Below are positions 11,633 through 21,215 of a DNA stretch of 41,295 bases, piece by piece; the stretch's first letter is position 1, and every line of letters starts with the position of its first letter. The translations under genes were made by a program, and so were the position numbers. The notes beneath the pieces were generated by a model. It had not been told where the DNA came from. It searched no databases and saw only the letters and a program-made list of their open reading frames with translations. Origin of the DNA: Octopus bimaculoides (lineage: Eukaryota); the NCBI RefSeq assembly GCF_001194135.2, contig NC_068999.1, positions 30,192,442-30,233,736 of the forward strand. Direction: 5' to 3'.

Positions 11633-12762
11633 GCATAGCTTGCTAGTGTGATTTTGTTTGCGGCTGCGTGCCTACTGTTACGTTCCTCGGAATACTGTTG
11701 CTTGGTTATTATTGTTACCATTGTTGGATCATGTTACCGTTGGATTGTTATTGCTGTTTCGCCTACGGGCTTGTGGTTCTTGTTTGACTTCCTTTCTCTA
11801 GTTTGGGGGAAAGAATTTTGAAATGGAGTATTCGCCAGAAAACGTCGGGAGTTATGCGTCGGCGGCGGGTAGTCGCGCGACCAACGCTACGAACACATTA
11901 GAGGTGTGAGAGGTAGCAATAGGCATCGAGAAGATTGGGAGTCACAGGGAGCTGCTCCAGAAGGAAAGGGAAAGTCTAAGATTGATCCCTCCAGAGGACG
12001 TGACCAATAGTACCAGGAGAAGGATAGTGTTCTACAGACCGCTGTCCTTATCCAGCAAGAAAATTGAGATGGCAGCGGAGGAGGCTATTGAGAAATGCCT
12101 AGAAAGCGTGAAAGCGTAGCCTCTTACTACACCAGAGGAAGAAAGTATGCCACAGTGGAGGTGAGGCTTGCCACTGAAGAAGAATCAATGAATCACTCCA
12201 CTGTGCCTCTGAGATCACAGGAATGCGTACTTCTGCCAACCTACTGAGAATCAGGGTTGGCAGGGTGCCGCCAGAAATAGAGAACCCAGCAGTTGAACGG
12301 CAGTCGAACGGCAGTCGAACACAAGATTACCAAGATTAAGTCGGTGATCAGAGTAAGATTGCCGGCTGAGGCGAACCCGGAATACACCAAATGCATATTA
12401 ATCGACAGAGAAAAGTACACAAAATTAAAAGAATCATTTGGTTCATTGAGGAGGTAGAATATGTTAGGAGCGGAGGCAGAATACGATACCCTATTTCCGG
12501 TTGTAGATTACGAAGACATAATGCAGTACGTGAACTGGTAAATACAGTAAGTAAAATTTTAAATGATGAAAATTTGATAAACTTAAAAAAAACCCAGTTA
12601 AATGTAACCACCCGAGAATGCGGCTCGAGTGGTCATTTCACCCTCATTTTTATGTAATTTCACCTTTTATCCGTTTCACGTTTTTGTCCCCACTTGTTTT
12701 CTTCTGTCTGTCCTTGTCCCGCCCCCTCTATGTTACGCCTTATGGCGGAATAAAAAAAATTT
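11633..12762 (+). mobile_element. Array unit A: ORF1-only Tx1-derived element, internally deleted (no Zn knuckle)
   Basis: 5' UTR tagcttgctagtgtgattttgtttgcggctgcg shared with C and D; ATG 11823 (MEYSPENVGSYASAAG); deletion near 12285-12320; shared 3' tail ending AATAAA + A-run. Confidence 0.85.
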
Positions 12763-12774
12763 GTTACAATCATC

Positions 12775-14533
12775 TCCTAGCTTGCTGGTGTGATTTTGTT
12801 TGAAGGCTTCTGCCCAGTATTGTGAACTGTTGAAATTGTTGGAATTTATTGCTTAATTTGTTGTTGGTTGTTAAAAACACATAGTTTATTCAGCAAGCTT
12901 GTGTTTTTTGTTGTATATTTTCCACCCCCATTTAGGGTGGAAAAATGTCTGAAATGAGGGTGGAGCGCGAGGGAGCACGAGCAGGAAGCTACGCGTCTGT
13001 AGCTGGAAATGGGAACATGGCGAAGACAGTGAGACAGTTGGAAATGCGAGAGGTTATCATTGACCGGGAAGCATAGTGTGACTGCATGCAATTTATAGAA
13101 AGAGAAGGGTTGAGTGTAAAGTTGATCCTCCGGAGGAAACAACCTGTAAAATGAGAAGAACGGTGATGTATAGGACACTGTACTTGCCGAAAAAAAAAAG
13201 ATCGGGATGGTACTGGAGGATGCCATAGAAAAATGCTTAGACACAATAAGAGGCGACATCTCCTTCTCCACCAGAGGTAGGAGATACGGTACAGTGGAGG
13301 TAAGATTTGCCTCCGAAGAGGTGGGAATTTAATCACTCCACTGTACCAATAAGGACTGAAGAAAGGCTACTCCTGCCAACCTACCTAGGGAAACGTGTTT
13401 CTAGAGAGAAGATTGGCAGGATTCCGCCAGAGGTAAAAGAGATATGGATAGCGGCAGCTATACTCACCGGAACAAAGGAAGAGGTAAAAGTTGTTCAGGC
13501 AACTCGAACACAACAATTGAATTGATGGGGTTACGGCCTGAAATTAATCATCCAGGCCACCCAATCGGACCTAAATGAGGTCCATGAAATTATCGAGTTA
13601 CCAGACGATATAAAACTGACGGTGACAGTGGAAGGGAGACCTCCCACCTGATATTGTTGTAGCCAGAAGGGGCACATAAAAAAGTGTCCCCAAAATGTAC
13701 AAGAAGAATAGAGGAACGCAGCTGAGAGCCAAAGCGAGCCTGAGAGCATCGCGAAGGTAACGGAACAGACCCAAGAAGCGATGGAATTAAAACGAACATA
13801 CCAAGAATATTCCGAAAAGGACTACATTGAAGTAACAAGGAAAAGAGAACGAACCAATGCACCACAAAAAAAAGGGAGAGTTGCTCACAAAATAAGACAC
13901 ACACCAGTCAAACGAAATGCAGACAACCCTATAGAACAACGCACCCACACAGCACACATCACTGATATCATCCCCGCAAAAAAAAAAAAAAAAACTGCCC
14001 AGAATATCCCACCAGGCATTCACATGCAGACGCACAACACAGTCAAACCGCACCAGAACACATTGCATGCCTAATGACATACAGAAAAAGTATATCCATA
14101 GAAAATAAAATCACAAAATTAAAAAATATTATTAGAGTCAAACTACCTAAAGACAACGCAGCAGACACAAAATGCATCTTGATTGATGAACAAAGACACA
14201 CAACATTAAAAGAAACATTCACATCCGGTATAGATCCTCTGGAGTTAGGGGTGAGGTTTGACTCTCCCCACCATGGTAGAATATAGTGAACTTACGCCAC
14301 ATTTTGTATGATAAGGAAAAAGACATTAAATAAGATTGTTTTAAACGATTAAAAATTGATGAACTAACAGATAATGAACAGTAAAACGTGACTGCCCGAG
14401 AGGGAAGACATTCATCCTCATTTTGTATATTCATTTCCTTCACTATTTTGTATTTTATGTCCCCACTTGTGTTGTCTCTCCTTGTGCCGTACCTTCTATG
14501 TTACGTCTTTATGGCGAATAAAGAGAAAAAAAC
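12775..14533 (+). mobile_element. Array unit B: ORF1-only Tx1-derived element, divergent subfamily
   Basis: Only the first ~25 bp of the 5' UTR are shared with A/C/D; ATG 12945 (MSEMRVEREGARAGSYASVAG); GTVEVRFASEE, LLLPTYLGK, degenerate knuckle near 13650; shared 3' tail with AATAAA. Confidence 0.85.
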
Positions 14534-14545
14534 GTTAGAATCATC

Positions 14546-16225
14546 TACTAGCTTGCTAGTGTGATTTTGTTTGCGGCTGCGTGCCTACTGTTACGTTCCT
14601 CGGAATACTGTATCTCTGTTATTACTGTTACCGTTGTTGGATCTTGTTACCGTTGTATTGTTATTGCTGTTTCGCCTACGGGCTTGTGGTTTTTGTTATT
14701 CTTTTCGCCAATTTGGGGTAAAGAATTTTGAAATGGAGTATTCACCAGAACACGTCGGGAGCTATGCATCGGCAGCAGGTAGTCGTGCGACAAAAGCTAC
14801 GAAAACATTGGAGGTACGAGAGGTGGCAATAGACCTCGAGAACCTAGGAAGACATAGGGGGCTGCTCCAGAAAGAGGAGGAAAGTCTAAGGCTGACCCAT
14901 CCGGAAGAAGTAACTAACAGTACGGAGAAAAGGACAGTTTTCTACAGACCTCTGTCATTAGACAGCAAAAAGATAAAAATGGCGACAAAGGAAGCCATAG
15001 AAAAGTGTCTGGAGAGTATAAAGAATGCAGAGACATTTTACACTCGAGGAAGAACGTACGGCACACTGGAGGTAAAGTTCGCCACTGAACAAAAGGCAAT
15101 AAACCACTTCACTGTGCCTTTAAGGTCAGAAGAATGGGTACTCCTTCCAACCTATTGCGGCAAAAGTGTCGCAAGGATCAGGGTTGGCAGGGTACCTCCC
15201 GAAATAGAAGAGGCGTGGCTGGTGGTAGCTATAATCTACGATAAAAAAGAAACCAGAATTTTGCAAGTGACAAGGACAAAAGAAGAGAATTGTTGGGTTA
15301 TGGCCTGGAAATGGTAATCCAGGCTACCCAAGAAAATTTAAACTCTATAACGGAGGAAATGCTGTTGGCAGAAGATAGGAAATTGAGGGTGGTAGTGGTG
15401 AGTCGATCGCCCACCTGCTACCACTGTGGAGAGATGGGGTACATAAAAGTAAAGTGCTCCGAGTTGAAAGAAAGTACTGAGACAACTCTAACAATCGACG
15501 AAAACACGGAAGAACCAGACTCGGGGGAATTCACTGAGGTTCCAAAGAGAAAGAGAGGTAGAACAATGTTTTCGCTCCCGAAGAAAAACATAAAGAAAAA
15601 AAGAGGAGTGCAATATGGAAGAAGAGACATACACATTATATAATTGCACACAGTACACATCACCACTGCAAACACCACAAAAAAAAGAAGAAATATTATC
15701 CCAGATAGTCCTAGTTCACCAAATAGGATCCCAACCAGAATTGTAGACAACACACAGCCCTCAAAATCCCCAGGAAACAAAGAACATGTATCATGACATA
15801 CAAAAAAAGTACATCAATAGAACGTAGAACTGCTAAAATTAAGTCGGTAATAATTATAAAATTTCCAGTGTAGGAAAACAAAAAAGGTATCTTAACTGAC
15901 GTAGAAGTATATCAAAAATTAAAAAAAACGATTTGGATCGAACATTGAGCCGTTTGGGATCGGAGGTGGAGTATGATACCTTAACCCCGGCCGTTGACTA
16001 CAAGTTAATGCCATGCAAAGTAAGTTTCTTCTATGATTATAATAGAAGATAAAAGAAGAACTTAAAAAAAGAAAACAGCAAATGTATACCACCCGAGAGT
16101 GGGTCTCGAATGGCCATTTCACCCTCATTTTTGTATAATTTCATCTTTCATTCGTTCCATATTTTTGTCCCCACTTGTATTGTTCTGTCTGTCCTTGTGC
16201 TGTCCCTTTTATGTTGCACTTTTAT
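14546..16225 (+). mobile_element. Array unit C: ORF1-only Tx1-derived element
   Basis: Same 5' UTR as A and D; longest intact ORF1; 3' tail with a modified terminus (no AATAAA seen). Confidence 0.9.
14733..15643 (+). pseudogene. Gag-like ORF1 protein (putative RRM region plus CCHC Zn knuckle) of unit C, one frameshift near 15300
   Basis: MEYSPEHVGSYASAAG...GTLEVKFATEQ...LLPTYCGKSVARIRVGRVPPEI, continuing in another frame as GYGLEMVIQ...RSPTCYHCGEMGYIKVKC and FTEVPKRKR; L1/Tx1-type ORF1 layout. Confidence 0.8.
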
Positions 16226-16237
16226 ACCACATTCGTC

Positions 16238-17983
16238 TACAAGCTTGCTAGTGTGGTTTTGTTTGCGGCTGCGTGCCTACTGTTACGTTCCTCGGAATAC
16301 TGTTGCTTGGTTATTATTGTTACCGTTGTTGGATCTTGTTACCGTTGGGTTGTTATTGTTGTTTCGCCTACGGGCTTATGGTTTTTGTTTGCTATTCTTT
16401 TCGCCAGTATGGGGAAAAGAATTTTGAAATGGAGTGTTCACCAGATCACGTCGGGAGCAATACGTCGGCGGCGGGTAGTCACGCGACCAACGCTACGAAC
16501 ACATTGGAGGTATGAGAGGTGTCAATAGACCTCGAGAAGCTAGGAATATACAGTATGCTGCTCCAGAAGGAGGGTAAGTCTAAGTCTAACTCCTCCGGAA
16601 AAAGTAACTAACAGCACGAGGGAAAGGACAGTTGTCTACAGACCGCTGTCCTTAGCCAGTAAAACATTAGAAATGGCAGCGGAGGAAACCATAGAAAATG
16701 TCTGGGGAGTATAAAGAATGCAGTGACATTTTACACCCAAGGAAGAAGGTACAGCACAGTATAGGTAAGGTTCGCCACTGAACAAAAGGCAATAATCCAC
16801 TTCACTGTGCTTTTAAGGTCAGAGGAATGGGTACTCCTGCCAACCTATTGCGACGAAAGAGTCGCAAGGATCAGGGTTGGCAAGGTACCTCCCGAAATAG
16901 AAGGGGCGTGGCTGGTGGCAGCTATAATCTACGATACAAACGAAACCAGAATTTTGCAAGTGACAAGGACTGAAAACGCGAATTGTTGGGCTATGGCCTG
17001 GAAATGGTGATCCAGGACACCCAAGAAGTTTTTAAAATCTATAACGGAGGAAATGTTGTTGGCAGGAAATAGGAAATTGAGGGTGGTAGTGGAGAGTCGA
17101 TCGCCCACCTGCTACCATTGTGGAGAGTCGATCGCCCACCTGCTACCACTGTGGAGAGTCGATCGACCACCTGCTACCACTGTGGAGAGAAGGAGCACGT
17201 AAAAGTAAAGTGCTCCGAGTTGAAAGAAAGCACCGAGACAACAGCTCTAACAATCGAAGAAAACACGGAAGAACTCGGAGGAATTCACTGAGGTTCCAGA
17301 GAGAAAGAGAGGTAGAACAACGTTTTCGCCCCCGAAGAATAACATAAGGAAAAAAAAAAAGAGGAGTGCAATATGGAAGCCGAGGCATACACATTAGTTA
17401 ATTTCACACAGCACACATCACCACCGCAAACGCCACAAAATGAGAGATATTATCTCAGATAGTCCTAGTTCACCAAATAGGATCCCAACCAGAATTGCAT
17501 GCAACACACAGCCCCACAAAACCCACAGAAAACAAAGAACATATGACATACAAAAAAGTACATCAATAGAACGTAGGATTGCTAAAATTAAGTCGGTAAT
17601 AAGAATAAAGTTCCCAGAGGAGGAAAACAAAAATAAAGGTATCTTAACTCACGTAGAAGGATACCAAAACTTTTTTTTAAATGATTTGGATCGAACATTG
17701 ACCCTTTGGGACCGGGGGTGGAGTACGATACCTTACCTCCGGTCGTTGACTACGACGAGTTAACGCCATTCAAAGTAAGTTCATCCTATGATTATAATAC
17801 AAGATAAAAAAACTTTAAAACAAAATCAGTTAAAACAGAGTGGGTCTCGAGTGGCCATTCCACCCTCATTTTTGTATAATTTCACCTTTCATCTGTTTCA
17901 TGTTTTTGTCCCCACTTGTATTGTTTAGTCTGTCCTTGTGCCGTCCCTTCTATGTTATGCCTTCATGGCGAAATAAAGAAAAT
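16238..17983 (+). mobile_element. Array unit D: ORF1-only Tx1-derived element
   Basis: Same subfamily as A and C (ATG 16429, MECSPDHVGSNTSAAG); 31-bp triplication at 17089-17189; 3' tail with AATAAAGAAAA. Confidence 0.9.
17089..17189 (+). repeat. 3 x 31-bp tandem repeat (GTGGAGAGTCGATCGCCCACCTGCTACCAYT) in the unit D Zn knuckle
   Basis: Direct reading; unit C has a single copy. Confidence 0.95.
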
Positions 17984-17995
17984 GTTACAATCATA

Positions 17996-20123
17996 TCGAC
18001 TTGTTCGTACATGTTTGTACATTGTTCCAAAGGTCAGTAACGTTTATTGCAAGGTGTTTATTGTTGATTTTAGTGGTTTTTGACACTTGCTTTTGCTGCC
18101 TTACGGCAGCTTTGTTGTCGCTGCTCACCTTATTTGAAGAGTGCAGCGCTGTTTGGAAAAAAGAATTATCATAAATTATGAGAACTGAAGCTCCTCAGAG
18201 TTCTCTTCTTCAGAGGAGGAACTAATAAAAGCCCTGGAGAACGCTGACAGAAGCCACCAAAAACAAGTTAATTTGCAAGAAATCGGAAATCATAAGGAGA
18301 TATTAAGAAGGGATTGACACAATGTGAAGGTGTCCCTTCTCTAAGAAGCAATGCAAGATGAGAAGGAGAAGATCATTATTTACAGAGCATTTTCTGTGAA
18401 GAACCAGAAAATGGAAGTAATGACGGTTGCCCAAATTGAAAGGGCGTTAAAGTCAATATAGAGAGAAATTGTTTACCTCAACAGGAGCCGAAAGTTTGGA
18501 ACTGTGGAGGTGCGGTTCTGAGATGCAGCGACCGCAAGGCTACACTCGGCAACCCCTTTAAAAACGGAGGAGGTAGTGCTTCTACCCATATACTTTAGAA
18601 GGCGTACTTCTAGGGTAAGGGTAGAAGACACCCACAGAAATAGACGTAGTCTGGTTAGCGGCTGCTATCCTGTTGGGCTCGGAGGAAAAGGTGGTGGTCC
18701 TCCAAGCCACTTGTACTGCCCACAAGAATTGGCAGGGGCAGGATCTCGATATGATGATCGAGGTCGCTCCGGAAGACCTAGAACAGCTGATAGAGACTAT
18801 AACGATTGAAGACACAATACTGAGGGTTAGAGTGAAGGGCAGGATCCCTCGGTGCTACAAATGTGGCCAAAAAGTTCACATTAGAGTAGACTGCCCTTCA
18901 CTACCGGCAGATATGCAGACGAAGCCCGTGAGCGGAAAGGAAGCCGCACCTTCGCCTCTAGCAGTAACCAGTGCGAAAGTAGAGATAAGTGAAAATAAAG
19001 AGGGAGACGGATGGGAAAATGTGGGAAAAAGGAGAAAGAAAAGGAGGAAGACACAATCTGTGAGTGATAAGCCCCATCCCACGCCAACCCGACTCCTACT
19101 CAAGCCCACTTTGCCCTACCCTTCCTCTGCAGACACCAATCATTTCCCTGCCCCACCCAACACGGAAGAAACAAGCATATGTACACAGGAGTCCTAAATT
19201 TCCTAATCCCTGCTCTGTAAGGAAAGAAAAGGAGTACATCGTTTTTTATGATAAAGCAAATATGAAACTATTAAATGAAGTCTCTTGTTGGGACAAGTCG
19301 CCGGGACTAGACCTGAGAGAGACTCTAGGCTTCAATGATGGTCAACTAGCCGGCTTGTTCCGAAGGACATTTGGGTCAGGAACCTTGGATAACTTCCAAG
19401 GATCCCTGGCTTGACAGTGTTACCGAGGAGCTTTACCAGTTTGCGATAAACTCGCAAGGCATGGTGCCCCTTGTTCACCCATGTGCCCAAGATGCGAGCA
19501 GAACAGGGAAACCGTTCTGCACGCGATTGTACAATGCTCCAAAATTTCTGAAATGTGGGTTACGTTGAACACCTGCTGTCATATCTGGGAAGAGTACAAC
19601 AGTTTTGCGAGTCGATTGTAAAGATTGTTACTCCTGTCTCTTTTAACAAAGAAAGTAAGGCTTGTTTTCTCGCTGTGGCCGCTATAGCGAAAGAAGTGGT
19701 ATGGAAGACCCGCGTGAAAAGAATCATGACAGGCATCGTCATCTTCAGTCTTAGACTCGTTAATTTCCTCATTTACCACCTTAAGAGGAAAATAAGGGTG
19801 GAGAGAAAATGCCTGTTACCTGATATATAATGAAAAAGATGGAAGTCTGTAGCGAGTTTGTTGAGAATGAATGAACCCGCATAGTATTTCCATAAGGTTA
19901 TACAAAAGGTTACAGTGGTGGCTCGGGGCTAGCGGTGTGAAAGCTAACTAAACCCGTCCCCCACTTCATTGTTTGTGTATTTGTTTTGCTAATCATTTTT
20001 TTATCATTCGATTGTATAAATTTTTTTCTTTTCACCTCTGTGCAAAAACCATACTCACCATGGTCTCCTCCCTCATTTGTACCGTCCCTCTATGTTTGAC
20101 GTCCTGTGGGCAATAAAGAAAAG
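17996..20123 (+). mobile_element. Array unit E: bipartite Tx1-derived element (ORF1 + ORF2 C-terminus; endonuclease and RT absent)
   Basis: Distinct 5' UTR; ORF1 with GTVEVRF, LLPIYF, RIPRCYKCGQKVHIRVDCP; then ORF2 C-terminus LAGLFRRTFGSGTLDNFQGSLA, ETVLHAIVQC, AKEVVWKTR (to ~19830); 3' UTR ends ccgtccctctatgtt...AATAAAGAAAA like units A, B and D. Confidence 0.85.
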
Positions 20124-20139
20124 GTTACAATCATCTGAA

Positions 20140-21139
20140 ATGGAAATGTCAAAGCGCAATATTCGAGCAATTTTGCTATTTAACTTTAAAAAAGGACTGA
20201 AAGCATCTGAAACTGCTCGCGATATCAGCAAAACGCTTGGTGAGGAAATGACCAGTGAGTGGTCAGCTCAAAAATGGTTTAAACGATTTCGCAGTGGCAA
20301 CCTGGGCCTTGAATATCAGGAGCGTAGCGTACGCCCATTTGTGGTCGATGACGGTCAATTAAAGACTATCATTGAGAAAGATCTTCATAAAACCAATCGA
20401 GAACTGGCAAAAGAACTTCAAGTTAGCCAGAAAACTGCCTGCAACTATTTGCATGCGATCGGAAAATCAACAAAGCTCGACAAATGGGTACCACACGATT
20501 TGAATGAAAATCAGAAAATGCACAGATATAAAATTTGCTCGTCGCTTCTTCTCGACTGTATTGTAACGATGATAAGTAGATTCTGTACAATAATAAAAAA
20601 AAACCGTTCTTCGCAGTGGCCGGACCAAAATGAAGCACCGAAAACTTTCCCTAAACCCGAGTCTTCAAAAAGGTTATGGTGACTGTTCGGTGGTGTACTG
20701 TTGGACTCATCCACTCTAGCTTCTTTAAACTTCTTATCCACTATAACTACTGAAGAAACATATTGCTATGAAATTGCCGAATGAACGAAAAACTGCTACT
20801 CCTCCGTCCCAGACTGGTCAACAGAAGAGGGCCAATCATTCTTCATGACAATGCTCGACCTCACGTTTCACTAATGACGCTCCAGAAGTTGAGAGAACTT
20901 GGCTACGAAGTTCTTCCTCACCCAGATTATTCCCCAGACCTTTCACCTAGAGACTACCACTTTTTCAAGCCATTTGATGGTTTCTTGCGAGAAAAGGAGT
21001 TCAAAAATCAAACCGATGCTGAAAGTGCGTTCAAAGTATTCAGTTGCAAAACTCCAGATTTTTATGTTACCAGAATAAACAAACTTGTAACTCGTTGGCA
21101 AAATGTGTTGATTGTAATAGTACTTACTTTGATAAATAA
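20140..21139 (+). pseudogene. Mariner (DD34D-type) transposase, frameshifted; N-terminus resembles Hsmar1/cecropia-type elements
   Basis: MEMSKRNIRAILLFNFKKGLKASETARDI, WFKRFRSG, WVPHDL, HDNARPH, YSPDLSPRDYHFF, and TYFDK* in a shifted frame. Confidence 0.92.
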
Positions 21140-21173
21140 AATTTCCGCATTGTTGAAATATATTGTGATGAAT

Positions 21174-21213
21174 TTCATGTTTCAAAACGTTGCTTACTTT
21201 TAATTCAGCCTGA
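21174..21213 (+). mobile_element. Mariner right TIR followed by TA (21214-21215)
   Basis: ttcatgtttcaaaacgttgcttacttttaattcagcctga|ta; inverted match to 11455-11494. Confidence 0.85.
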
Positions 21214-21215
21214 TA

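Noticed and set aside
6882-17189. CRISPR-like arrays (15-bp repeats at 6882, 31-bp repeats at 17089)
   Set aside because: Repeats are contiguous with no spacers, there are no cas genes, and the context is eukaryotic.
11633-20123. Array as tandem LTR retrotransposons sharing LTRs, or as a host gene tandem duplication
   Set aside because: No TG...CA termini, PBS or PPT; the outer ends lack the complementary LTR halves; units have different 5' UTRs, AATAAA/A-rich tails and L1/Tx1-type ORF1.
11633-20123. HeT-A-like telomere-maintenance array
   Set aside because: The array is internal, bounded on both sides by one mariner, and ~15 kb from the CCCTAA tract, which is itself inside a MITE. The HeT-A similarity is architectural only.
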